A stretch of 63,903 bases of DNA, counting the filler, from Octopus bimaculoides (lineage: Eukaryota): the NCBI RefSeq assembly GCF_001194135.2. It is 4 parts of 4 records of this genome, joined end to end, with 100 filler letters (N's around TTAATTAATTAA, not from the genome) between each part and the next. Parts side by side here need not be neighbours in the genome. Positions count along the whole stretch, not along the records: positions 1 to 28,147 come from NC_068983.1; 3 more parts are not named here. One strand, given 5' to 3'. Under the pieces are notes generated by a model. The model saw only the letters and a list, made by a program, of their open reading frames with translations. It was not told where the DNA came from and ran no database searches. The position numbers and the translations under genes are program-made. This document shows, in pieces, positions 1 through 13,600 of the stretch. The number at the start of each line of letters is the position of its first letter. The first letter of the stretch is position 1.

Positions 1-449
1 TGTGTGTGTGTGTGTGTTTGCATTAAAAAACACTGAAAGCAACCAAGGGCGTTGCAATCTTAAACAAAATGCGTTAAAAAACACATGCACGGGTAAAAGC
101 GATTATTATAAAATTTTAAAAAATTACATGCATGTGTTTTCTCATGAAAAAATCCGTTGATAATTGCATGCGCCTGTAGGAAAAAGAAATGTTAAGTTAT
201 TGAATTAAATATGAGTAGTAAACAAATTCCTAAGAATATCTGTCTGTTCACGGGTTTCTGTAATCGATAATGAGAAAGTGACTTTGACTTCCAGTGTGTT
301 GTCGGCTTCACACTGAATTTTAATTTTTTTCCTATCAAGTAATGTAAGACTCTCTAATCACTGTGTGTGTGTAATAATACTAACAATAATAACAATCATA
401 ATAATAATAAATATTATTTCAAGTTTTTGCAAAGAGGGAAGATTGGAGG

Positions 450-610
450 AGGTAGTGATAAGTCTATTTCATCAGCCCAAGTTTTCATCTGGTACTTATT
501 TTATCCACCGTGTCGACCTCGGAGGAATTTGATCTTAGAATTTAGGGTCGGTCGAAATACCGCTAAGCATTCCGTCCAGCGTGCTGAAAATTTTGCCAGC
601 TCGGCGCCTT
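450..610 (-). mobile_element. tRNA-derived SINE, family B (5' part)
   Basis: Reverse complement matches the head and body of the SINE at 22372-22605 (ggcgccgagctggcaaaa...atgcttagcggtatttcg...gaggtcgac...aagtaccag). Confidence 0.7.
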
Positions 611-699
611 AACAACAACAGCAGGAACAACAACAACAACAATAACAACAGCGACAATAAAAATGGAACTGACAGCATATGGAAGAAGTTTAGGGAAAA

Positions 700-2175
700 T
701 AGAGTTCAGGAGAGACTGTGCATGATACCACTAACATTGATTCCGAGGAAAGCAAAGGCTGGGTATGTAGTCAAGAGCCGCAAACAAAAATTCAACGACT
801 AGTTATTCATGGAAGACCTCAAACGTTATGGTAAAGATCAATCCCAAGTCAGTTCCCTTGTTGATACGGTGTATACTTTCAGTGCCGATATCAGAATGAA
901 TTTCGGACTGATAAAGTGTGGTGTGTTAGTCTTGAAGAGAGGCAAAATAAAATGTATGGACGGGCTAGCATCGAGAGAGGTTATGAAGCACACAGAGGAG
1001 ACGGGATATACGTACTTGGGGATATTGGAAATGGATAAATTGATGGAGAAAGAAATGAGGGAGACATTTAATGTGGAGTACTTGCACAGACTGAGACTGA
1101 TCCGTAAGTCGAAATTAAACGGACCGAATAAGATTGAGGCAGTCAACACCTAGGCGGTTTCCCTACTTACATATGTAGTAGGGGTAATCGCATGGGCAAA
1201 CGACGAACTAAACATCTTAGACAGAAAAGCAAGGAATTTGCTGACTAGATATGGGATACTCCACCCAAAAAGTGACACAGACAGATTATATATACCAAGA
1301 AAAAGAGGGAGAAGATGACTGATTGGTTGCGAACACAGCATTAGAGAAGAAGAAAACAACATGGCACGGTATGTAAAAAAATGCCACAAAACCACCATTA
1401 TCGGAAGCAAGAAGGCCAGGCATGAAAGACTGCAAAGATAAAGGAATGTACAAGCACTTGAGAATAATTGAAGCTAAAAAGGTGGATAAAGAAAAGAACG
1501 CATAGAAAATGTCATAGGGATGTTGAAGATAAGACAGAAAAAAGATTGCTATGATTGACTAAAAGTGATTTAAAACCAGAAACGGATGCTATTATCTGTG
1601 CAGCCCAAGAGCAAGCATTAAGAACGAATTACATCAAATACAGAGAAGACAACACATCAGGAAGTGATAAGAGTGAAACCGTATGGCATATTACAGTGAA
1701 TGTACGCCATAGCCCAGTAAGAATATAAGAGACATCATGACAATCTAGCAGGGATTATCCATTGGACACCTTGCAACATGTATGGACCTGACAGAGAAAA
1801 ATGATAATAAAAGATCCTATGTGTCCATGAGATAGAGAATAGGAAACCAACCGTGTTAATTGAGAAAGAATGCAAACGAAGATGAGTCACAGTCATAGCA
1901 TGCCCAGCTGACAACAAGGTATGGGATAGGGAAGAAAGAGAAAGCAATACATATAACAAGTTAACGTGGGATGTAAAGCAGTTGTGTTTGCTGTAAAAAG
2001 TGGTACAAGTACAATAATTGTCGGAACACTGGTAACAATGACTTAAAATCTTGAGAAGTATATGGAACAAATAAGGGCTGCCATAATGTGGAACAAATAG
2101 GGCCTGCCATAATGCAGAAAACAGCACTGCTTGCAAACACTCGAATACTCCGCATTGTGCTCGAAAAATAAGGGG
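700..2175 (+). mobile_element. 5'-truncated, decayed R4/Dong-like non-LTR retrotransposon (RT C-terminus, CCHC finger region, restriction-like endonuclease)
   Basis: Translations MIPLTLIPRKAKAGY..LFMEDLKRYGK (RT YxDD-like motif), GYTYLGI, LHPKSDTDRLYIPRK, ICAAQEQALRTNYIK, ETVWHIT, IACPADNKV, TIIVGTLVT and QKTALLANTRILRIVLEK* match this clade. Multiple stops and frameshifts. Confidence 0.85.
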
Positions 2176-2329
2176 TTTTACCTTAGTTTACTGGTAGTGA
2201 ACAGCTGGCATCGTAGTTCATCTCTAGCAATAGAGGCAGTGGTTTTCATGGCTTCTCATCTTCTGTACCATAGTTTCGGACATCTATATTCGTGAACAAA
2301 GATTCTTTGGACTCAGATCAATACTCATC

Positions 2330-3330
2330 AAACGACATTACCCAATATTTTTAATAAATGGTGGAATTAAACGAGCTAAGGAAATAGACATACAAACATT
2401 AAGGGAAGTCAACCGAAATACTAAACCAGACTTTAAAATCCTCCCATACATCTCTACACATAACCCTAGAAACAACGAAGCCTTTAGCATTATCATCCAA
2501 AATATACCCATCCTCACAAGAGATAAAACAATGTTCAAAATCTTAGGCTCACACAAAATTATCAAAAGTAAAATGCAACCTAAATCATTGAAAAAAATAT
2601 TAACCTGCCCAAGACTGTATCCATTAACAACAACTAAAAGTGAAAAAAAATGTGGTCGACCTAACTGTTGTACTTGCCTCCACCTTTTGGAGGGTTCAGA
2701 GTTCCACTTTAAACAAGGTGAAATATTTAAGATTAAATCAAATTTCACCTGTGCCTTGGAAAATCTAATCTATGCCATTACATGCTTAGGGTGTGGTAAT
2801 AATTATATTGGCAAAACAGGAATATCACTCCGTAGAAGAACCCCTCTCCACAAAGAACAAATCTGCCACCCAAATACGGACAGATACAGGTCAGTGAACA
2901 CATATAAATGTGTGCAAGGAATCTTAATCCTAATTTCCTAATTTTTCCCTTCTATCAATATTCACAGAACAACTCAGTACAACAAAGAATGAGTAAAGAG
3001 TCAACCTTCATCAATAAATATCTTCCACAACTAAATATGAACACATAACATAATATAGAACACTACTAACCTTTCATTTAATACCACTAACACCCATACA
3101 TTCCATACACCATTCGCATTACAGATCCAGATCTACCCTAATTGCACCAAATCCAGAACTACTTACCTCCCCTACGCATAATCTTTTTACTTAGGGACTA
3201 GTAGACCTGACACCGTTCAGTGTATTCAAAGAAATGATTAGTAACATTACGAAACCGGTATGCTTTTGAATCTCTTTAAAAACTCATAATAATGAGTTTT
3301 ATTAATTTTATTCCCACCTCAGTTCATCTA
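2330..3330 (+). mobile_element. Penelope-like element 3' part with GIY-YIG endonuclease
   Basis: ORF 2531-2941 has CGRPNCCTC...NLIYAITCLGCGNNYIGKT..LRRR..LH, followed by IFPFYQ..RMSKESTFINKYLPQLN. A decayed hammerhead-like tail lies at 3222-3263 (AATG/CATT stem, GAAACCGGTA). Confidence 0.85.
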
Positions 3331-3759
3331 ATTGTATATATCTATCGTTACTTTTCATAAACAGGCCTTTACTTTTTTTTTGATTTGCAATATATATATG
3401 CACATGTGTGTGTGTTTGTTTGTGAGTATGTGTGTGTATACACCAATACGTGAAATTATATATATATGTGTTTTCTAGGCGTCATTTCATAGCCCTCTTA
3501 TATTGTCTTATTAGCGCCACAGATTTTTCAGTTCGTAGATCCTCAGCAGACTACTAGTAAATTTACATTGTACACCATGTATTGAGAATATTCTTTTCCT
3601 TTATTTGTAAATATAAACATTTGTGTATGTCCCACCACTTAGCGTACGAAGTTTTATATTTTAAAGTATTCACTACATCACAGCAGCAAATTTCAAATTA
3701 ATTTATTTGTAACTTCATAGTATTTTACTTAATGACAGTTAAATATCATCCCAGAAACC

Positions 3760-5704
3760 ATGGAATTCCTATATTCCCTCGTTATTTATATACTCGCAAT
3801 ACCTGTTATTTGTGGAATCACCATTCGTCTGTGGGACGTTGTTTTCGCCTGCTCGAAATTTCTGCTTATAGCAAACTAAACAGTAAAGTTATTTCTGTCC
3901 AGTTACTGACACTAATTTATGACTATTAATAATTTGTCATCGTCATGTGATGTAAACGAAAGAATATTTCAATTTGCAATGAATGAATATCATTGTACAT
4001 AACTGTGGGTTATTGATCCAATCAATAATCTGTCTACTGAAATGCACTAGATTCTACTGTGATCAATAGACTACGAATAAATCAGTTTGTACTAGACAGG
4101 AAGTAGTATCGAATGTTTATCAAAATAGGCATATCTGCGTGTCACACAGTTCCCAGCAGGTGGGAAAATATGAAATTGATGTTGAGTTGTACGTGTTTTT
4201 GCATTTTTTGAAAATTTTCTTTTGCATGTTATTTTTCATTGTTATTTCTGACGCAGAATAACTGGGAATCAATGAAGCATCTTACAGATAATTGCGCAAA
4301 TCATCAAATCAATATTTTCAGTGCAGAATTCAATATTTTCAATGCAGTAGCATTACATATAACTTTGTTGGACTCCCATTATTGGAAGCATTCCCTAAAG
4401 CATATATGGTAAAATATGTGTGAATAAATCAATTTCCAATTTAATCAACATTTAAGAACATTAAAGGATTTTATAATATATACTTAGGGTAAGATTGAAA
4501 AATGTATGAAGGGAATTTTGATTGATTTTATGAGGGGAATTTTGATCGATTTTATGAAATATTCAGTATATTTTGGAAACTGAAGAAGAAAGATGCAAAT
4601 GGAGACAAGAAATACATTGAACTCTATTTGATTAAAACATATACATCCAAACTAAAACAAATTTCTTTAAAAATCATTTCAATAATTAATCTATAAAATG
4701 TTTCAGAAATGTACTGCTGTTCTACCCCGATTTTAGTTTCATAATGCATGGCTTCTCTAGGAAACATGTCAATGTTATATTATTTTGTTTATGCCTTGTC
4801 TAAAACTGTCCTTTGCGACATATCCAATATTTTTTATCGAGGTAAATGAACCTTTATCACAAAATTGTTAAATATATAGGTGGTGTAAAGAATTGTGATT
4901 TTCATCGAAAGATTTGGGGTAGATGCAGAATCATTGTAACGTCGCTAGTCATGGATGATAACAGTCTTTGTATGGACAAATGATCAGTACACAAGTAAGA
5001 AAGAGAGAAGGTGCTAGTAGAATCACGTTATTATTTTAAGCTCATGGAATATGTTCTAGGAACTGAAGGAATGAAAACAAAGAATGACTTCTCAAAACGG
5101 TGTCAGGAAAGAAAATACTTTGCATGCGCTAATGTATCTTGAAATAATATATGTATCAGGTGTTAAAAGATGTCATAGTAATTGATCTGCAATGCAATGA
5201 AATGGTAGATGAAATAATAATAACTTGACTATGAGATATATGATTACGATGCAGATAAGTTAAAGTAAAAACCAATATATCATTCGCCTAAGTGAGGAAA
5301 GTAACAATATAAATACTATTTCAGTTACTTCTGTACATGAATATCACATATATACATGCATATACACACACATATATATATGCTTGTATATATATATATA
5401 TATATATNNNNNNNNNNNNNNNNNNNNNNNNNNNNNNNNNNNNNNNNNNNNNNNNNNNNNNNNNNNNNNNNNNNNNNNNNNNNNNNNNNNNNNNNNNNNN
5501 NNNNNNNNNNNNNNNNNNNNNNNNNNNNNNNNNNNNNNNNNNNNNNNNNNNNNNNNNTATATATACAAGCATACATAATCATTAAATCATATGGATGTGA
5601 CGTTTCAAATGCAATCACCAAGACATCCAGAAATGTCGAATGCATTAACAAATTTGCACCCGAAAGATATTTGGGATGTGAGCACATGCCACGTTGTCCA
5701 CCTA

Positions 5705-5743
<39 letters not shown>

Positions 5744-8700
5744 TGTTTCGCTCACCCTATATATCTGTATCTACGTTTATCTATCTATCTTTCTATCATA
5801 TATTGGTACCTGCAAATATATATTACACACATATACACACGTGTATGTATGAGTGTGTATATGTGCGTGCGTTTGTGTGTTATACGTGTGTATGAATTTG
5901 ATGAGGCATGTCAGTATATACTGTTGGTCATCACAGCATATTTCAACAGGTAAAAATTTCGAGATAGCAGTATGGTAGAAATAAATTACTATATGTTTTT
6001 TTAAAAATATTAATTGGGATATTTGGGCAAAATATATATATAGCTATTGAAATGTAATATAGAAAAAACCTTTTGTCACGGAGTTTTGTTTTCTACCGAT
6101 TGATATGCGCAGGTGTCTAACACTGACCCAACGAATTACATATCTGTATACGAATATGTAGACATTTTGTCTACGTCAACAATGGCTCTGAATAAAGATA
6201 CCAAACAATGATAACTTAATTTATTCCTATTTTCACTATTTTTTTCCAGATGCAATTTTAATATTCCGATACTAACTACATTTAGTTAAATATTTCCGAG
6301 ATTTTGACTGATGACAAAGATCTAGGTAATGTTTCGAAACATTTTCTTAAAACAATTCAGCATATTGATACTCAATGGAGTCATTTCCAATTTGTCCTTT
6401 GTATTTAAACGTAAATAAAGCATCCGAATGTCAATTAATTCTTCACACCGGGCATTCCCCATTTTTTGACATTCGATAGTTCTTATTTTTAGTCCAAGAA
6501 CGAAATTTTAAAGTTTCATATGTATGCCGTTCAAGTCATCACTCATTGACGTGTTTATACAAATTCCTGTTATTTGTACATCTATATTATATTTCTTAGC
6601 AAATTTTATATTCTAATTATGCAAATTTACGCTTGCCAAAGTTGAATGGTAAAATATTCTATATGTAATTTACGAAGCACATATATTTACTTGGTACTTA
6701 GTATGTACTTGATAATTTACGAAGAAGGCACACGAAAATATTGATGACACCTAATAGACTAAATCATATCCGCAGTTACCTTTACCTGCAAGCAAATATC
6801 AGCAGTAAGTTTATTTTCAATATATTTGATAAATATATTTTCATTATTCTTCAAATTATTTGCACTTTTCTTTTCCGCATTGTTTTATATTTTCTCGTAT
6901 CATAACGGAACTTTGAAGCATTAATGCTTTACTTTTGTATGCCTATAAAATTATAGACTATGCAGAAAATGAAAAACTTGGGTTACGCATCCAAATAACA
7001 GCCATAGTTCCAACGAGTAAATGTTGTGTATACAATAGAATGTAACAAACGCAACAAGTCCTATGTGGGTAGCACAGCAAAACCGTTACAGGTACGCATC
7101 AAAGAAAATTTGAACACAGGAGCCACCTCATTCAGAAAACATCTAGACAGATGCCGGAACACCGACAGAAGCATTACAGTCACAATTCAGGCCAATGAAA
7201 GAAATTCGGGTAATTTAAGAATTAAGGAAGCTATACTCATACATAGACTAGGACCCCAAATTAACAACAAGCGGGAGGTTGTTAATGTATCATTTAGCTA
7301 CATCTGGATACGTGTAGGTTCAGTATTGATAGCATGTTCATTTATTGTTTATAACAAAAAAAAAAAGATGAAAAAAAGGAGAAGAGAGAAAAATGGAAGC
7401 TGCACGTATAACACATAACATAGATGCAGCGCTGAGGATGTGCCAGCACACACGAGATTGAGACATGGCCGACCTCACGCACTTCTCATGAGAAATTCTG
7501 GAAGGAGCTTCGTGAGACCACTGCTGAGACGCTTTGGAAAAAACAAAGAAAAGTCGTTGGAAAACCGATTATAGCAGCGACTCCATCAATTACTAGGGAT
7601 ATCTGAAGAAGGAATTTGATTCCGAAATATCATATCAGACTATAGATGACTAAATTACAACAGTTATTATTGTCCATTGTTTGTATTATAATGCATTGTT
7701 GTACCATTCAAAATATTTTATATATATGNNNNNNNNNNNNNNNNNNNNNNNNNNNNNNNNNNNNNNNNNNNNNNNNNNNNNNNNNNNNNNNNNNNNNNNN
7801 NNNNNNNNNNNNNNNNNNNNNNNNNNNNNNNNNNNNNNNNNNNNNNNNNNNNNNNNNNNNNNNNNNNNNNNNNNNNNNNNNNNNNNNNNNNNNNNNNNNN
7901 NNNNNNNNNNNNNNNNNNTATAACAAAAGAGGGGTATATTTCCACAGAAGAAAAATGCACCAAATTTGAAAAACATGTAATTGTCTTAAAATAAATTTAT
8001 TTACATATATACCGAACTAGTTTCAACAATATTTTTTGTTTATCAATGGTAAAATTTTAGAATTATGAATTAAAAAACCATGTTTAAAAGTTTCAACGTT
8101 GACAAGTTTGAATCTAGCAGACTAATTTAGAATTATGAATTAGAAAAACAACATATTTAAAAGTTTCAATGTTGACAAGTTTAAATCAGTAAGCGAGGAA
8201 ACGGATAAATAATTAAAACATTAAAAAGCATTCTCTACAGAGTATGCTATTCAAATGCTCATATACTATGGTTTTAGGTTCTGGCCCAATGGGCGGATTT
8301 AGAATCTCTTCCCAGGAACTCATATTGAAGAAGTCAGAGGCGTATTGGGCCATAACGCGAAACCATGGTGTACGAGGATCTGAATGGCATAATCTGTAGG
8401 GGTATGTTTTAATGTCTTCATTCTTTATCCTTTTCCTCGCTTATTGTTATTCTCTATTATTTTGGTGCAAACCGGCAGTTTAATTGGTGCATTAGCCCTT
8501 ATTTCTAAACAGGCTCATGATTCCCGCAGTGTTATGCGTCGTGCTAATCTTACATTTTATAGCTATATAATGGTATTACATTTTTGAACCGCCTATGTTA
8601 CTGCTGTTAATATTATCAATTAAAAACTATTCACCACACATAATATTAACAATAGTAACATTTTATTTCGAAAGTAAACTTTCGAATATTTTGAACACAC

Positions 8701-8802
8701 ACGCACGTACGCACACACGCACTTACACACACACACACACACACACACACACTTACACACACACACAGACATACACACACACAGAGACACACACACACAC
8801 AC

Positions 8803-8848
<46 letters not shown>

Positions 8849-10647
8849 GCAATTTCTTAGCTCTTTAGTTCAAATATCCCATCAAAAATATATTCAATAT
8901 GAAAGAATTCCATCGAGTGCAATATCATTTCATGACATGCATAGTTCCTGCTTTATATTAAAGAATGTAACATATTATCTGACATACTAGATACTTGGCT
9001 ACATTTAAGAGATTGAAATCTGATAATTTTCTTCAGATTGTGGAAGAAATATGCAAAACTGAAACCTTAAATCTTACTGAGTATCTTATACATCTCAACG
9101 TTGTATCATTGAAAGAAAATATTCACAGAATATCATTCTAGCTTTCCTTAAAGATATTATGATTATTAGAGACCTACAATATTAATTTACAACATTTGAA
9201 AGAGTACAAATCCGTATACTTGTGCTGCGTTATTTTATACAGAAACTGGTCAAAATAACAAATACTTCAGAAGTTAGATATTACTAGATATAATATATTA
9301 AATGACTACTTGCAGTAATGGATAAATATGATGTGTGATATAAGTTTCAAGAGTGATATAAGTTTCAATATAAAGTGCAATAACTAGTGAATTAATATGA
9401 CTGATGTTAGTATTAATGTTGATTTTGATCACAGTATTGCTCGTGATCCTCATGCTTATCAACCAAAACACTTTATATATCTGCCAAAAAACAATAATCA
9501 TTATATCGTAATGTGATTGTCTGAATGTCTTGTTCGAAAAAACAAAACGCTATAAGTAGCAGTGGTAGCTTACCTTTCAGACACTAGGTATCGGTTAAAG
9601 TAGTCAGGAAGTCAAACAATTAGTCAACACAAGACTATGTTATTTAAATTCATCTAACTCAATCTAAAAATAGTAGTAAAATCATACAAAACTGGTAAAG
9701 AGTTTAGATAGAGCATGTGAAGCATGTTATTGAGTAAATATTTCTAAGTAGGCTAACTATGCCGTCATCTATAAGAGAGACAAAAATATCTTTAATCATG
9801 TGTACTAGTAGTTACCAGTTGATCAAAAAATTAAGGAGTGTCTAAAGGAAAAGATAATACTACTTGGCAGGTCCAATATCGAAGAATTAAAGAAATCCTT
9901 AATAGAAGATGATAATACCTAGCAGTTCCAATGTTGAAATATCAAGGAAGATCCATGCTAAAATATGATAGATAGAATTTATTATTGAAATAAAGTAGGA
10001 GTTACTCTTTAAAGATAACAAAAGTTACTATTTATTTCTTTGTCTGTGATAACGTCATAGTTATCCTATGTGGAAACTTTACCCAATATATGCCCCACAT
10101 TCTCAACTATTTTAGAACAACTGCATAGAGATTACGTAATACTTCACAGTAAAGTATTTATTACAAATAATCTGCACTATATTCAAATTATAAATTGGAT
10201 GTTGTGAAGAGATATCATGTTTTGCTTGTTCATTCTCCCTTTCTTAAATAAGCTTCCAGCAATCCGTAGAAGGTATAAAAAAACAACTTTCAGGAAAAAT
10301 AGAAGGTTGCAAATTTTTTTCTCGTATCGGTTAGTTGCAAGGTTTGCTGTGTTGCAGTGTATGTAGCATAGAATTATAGGATTGATGGTGTAAGCAGGAA
10401 AAATATGATTTATGAGATATGTATATTATTTATTAATATTTAGCAAAAGCAACATAATGGTTCAAGTGCCAACGCTCGAAACTTGGCCTTTCAATAATTC
10501 CACTGCTTCAATAAGTGTTAGTAGATAAATATATATGNNNNNNNNNNNNNNNNNNNNNNNNNNNNNNNNNNNNNNNNNNNNNNNNNNNNNNNNNNNNNNN
10601 NNNNNNNNNNNNNNNNNNNNNNNNNNNNNNNNNNNNNNNNNNNNNNN

Positions 10648-10681
<34 letters not shown>

Positions 10682-13600
10682 AACACACATACATATGCAC
10701 GCATGTCATTATTCTGTTTTATTTCAAGCTTTCTTGCCAAAAGTGAAAGAACCGTTTTCTAAACCAGATCTAAACCTCCTCCATCGGAATTTCAACATCA
10801 GCAATACAGTATTCTGTGTGTATGTATGTATGTATGTATGCATGTATGTACACGTAGATTAGTATGTTTTTCTTTATGTATATCTTTTCATTCATATACT
10901 TGCATATCTAGACATGCTCATATATACAATTTTGTACAGTTCCAATGATGGATTGGATCTGTAGTCCTCGAATCAGCTTTCTTCTGCTTTTGAAAAGCCG
11001 AATTTCTCAAGATTGGTATTTTGGCAGTGTATTACATGTTCCAGTGCCCCAGTAATTATAGATATAAAGCTGAGCTAGTAATCTGGACAGAGTAACTGCA
11101 GATTCCTCAATAGTTGAGTGTTGGTACTCTCTTTTTCACTTTATGTTATCATCTGCTGGGCAGCTGATTTCCGCAACTGTACGTAGTTTCTCTTCTCTGT
11201 CTCAAAGCATTATATCAGGTCTATTGTTTTTCCTTTTATTGAGGTTTTCACCAGTACTCCATTTTTATTATGAGTGCCTGTGGCTTCCACTATCCTGTGG
11301 TTGCTTATTTCTTTTTCCTCTGGGTGATGCCTTCGACAAATCTTGTTATACAATGTCTTAAGTCGAGCATCATATCTCATCTGGAGATAAATACCGTGAT
11401 AAAATTTTTGGACAACTACTCATGATGTGGGTGACATCTTCAGTGTTAACTTCACAATGTCTGCATCACTCGTCATGTTTTACTGTTTTTCCTGCATTAC
11501 TGTCTCTTTTGTGCATCAGGTATTTGGTTTATATTTCCTGTTCCTGCATTGCAAACGCTTACTCTTCAAAGTGGGACGTAATAATTCGGTTGTTGTTCCA
11601 TGATAGACTGCTTTGGTGATCAATGTTACTAACATTTCTGTGCATGGCCTTCTGCTCCTACATGCTCACCGTTTTAATCTAATGATACTTTGCGGTAGAT
11701 ATACCGAGGTCGACTTTGCCTTTCATCCTTTCGGGTTGGATAAATGAAGTACTGGTGTCGAGCTCATCGACTAGCTCCCTCCGCTAAGATTTCGGGTTTT
11801 GTGCCTAGAGAAGAAAAAGATAATTTGTGGTAGAGTCATTCGACTACTTTGGGCATGTATTTAAGGTTATCAAACAAGGAATGCTGCTCCAAGAGCTGCC
11901 TTCCAAGTCTTATGATGTTAGCCACATGTATGCAAACTTGGTCAAGAGATGCATTTCGACACTTGGTGGTTACGGGATGTTGCCGTAGAGATATGTTACA
12001 ACCTTCAAAGGCATTTTGGATCAATGTTAAACATCTGTCACCTTGCTAACTTTTTAGGTAACAGGGGCCGACGTCACTGTTTATGTGGAACTTATGTGTG
12101 CTTCTTAGTATTTTCCGGCTTTTCACATCAATGACTCGGATCTCATCAAGCGTCCAGTCAAGCAGCCCAGACGTTGGTATGAGTATTGGCACTGAAAACA
12201 CATTGTAGTCCACTGTTTTATTGAATGCATAGTGTTCCGAGGACCAAATTTTCTTTCTTCGACTGTAATATCCTTCATTGACACGCGTTTTGTTACAGGT
12301 TCCACTGTAAGATGTTGTCATTCACTCATAGATACCTATAATATTCATAATAAGATATAGCGGAAACAATCTATGTATGTATGTATGTATGTATGCGTGC
12401 GTGAATGTATGTATGCATGCGTGCGTGCATGGGTGTATGCGTGCATTCATGTATGTATATATGTGTGTATGTATGTATGTAAATGTATATATACAAAGTT
12501 GTGAGTATGTATGTATGTATGTATGTATGTATGTATGTATGCGTACGTGCGTGCATGGGTGTATGCGTGCATTCATGTATGTATATATGTATGTATGTAT
12601 GCATGTACGTATGTATGCAAATGTATATATACATAATCAGTATTCTTTCGCCTCGCAATCAATTTCTCTTTTAGATATAAAATTTGTGAGACACGATAAG
12701 GATTTAATAGCAACTGTCAAGTAAATTTAAACATTGTTAGATGTAGGATGACAAGTTAGCCATTACTATTATCTAATTTATATTTAAAAGGAAATCAAGT
12801 TAAATACTGAAACATCTTTAATAAGCGAAGACGTATTCTTGGCATATTGAAACTATTGCATAAATATTAGTATAATTACGCACAAAACTCTATTTTTGCA
12901 TTAAAATAGCTTATCATTTTAGCATAATATCACAAATATACGTATACGTATCGTGTAAGAACAAAGGTTCTTTAACATATAATTTTACCTATATCTCTTT
13001 TGGGCGGCATCTATGCATACAGGTTGAAGAACAAAGTATCAGTTACAATCAGCATATTATAAATCATATATTTTATATCTCATAATTACATTGTGGTTTG
13101 TATCAAGATCGGTAAATGGAATTTGATTTTAAAGAAGTAGGTAAATTCGGTTAACAATCAACGTACTGTTTGCTAATTTATTATAGGAGAATGTGTTAAG
13201 AATATTAACATTTTTACATACGAAAAACAAAGTATGAAATTTACATGCAATGTAAATTGAAACATCAATATGCACAATAAAACCTAATTATTTATATATT
13301 ATAACAATGTAATGCGATACTGTATTATGCCACCTAAACATCATTACGCTCTAGTCTGTATAATTGATTTTACACTATATATATATGTGTGTATGTGTGT
13401 GCATACGTGCGAATGTGTGTGTGTGCCTGTGTGTACGAGGGCTTACGGTCTCTCGAGGGGGCCTCGGTGGAGGTTCAACCACCCCAAGTGCTTTTACAGG
13501 GCATAGAAAAATTAAAGGACCGCTGCAATAAAGTGTATAAATCAGAGAAGGGAATATGTTGAATAAAATCGTAATTTACTGATTCCTCCGTATTGCCCTT

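Noticed and set aside
3721-3929. Supplied ORF MTVKYHPRNH.. and a possible 162-nt exon in that frame; also a minus-strand frame CYKQKFRAGENN
   Set aside because: All three plus frames are open here. The frame starting at ATG 3760 was preferred for its Kozak context, hydrophobic leader and phase fit. The alternatives are not formally excluded.
6250-6325. Stronger-looking acceptor ttttccag at 6248-6249
   Set aside because: All three frames hit stops before the donor. The AG at 6284-6285 with TACTAAC gives an open, phase-matched exon.
8563-9587. Extra micro-exon candidates 8563-8572 (10 nt), 9244-9273 (30 nt) and 9581-9587 (7 nt)
   Set aside because: They have splice-like borders but are not needed for the chain. 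The 10-nt and 7-nt candidates break its phase, while the 30-nt one keeps frame but has no independent support. They illustrate the false-positive rate.
9845-9950. Degenerate tandem repeat of about 58 bp (gataatac..gcag.tccaat.t.gaa)
   Set aside because: Two diverged units with no conserved frame or structure.
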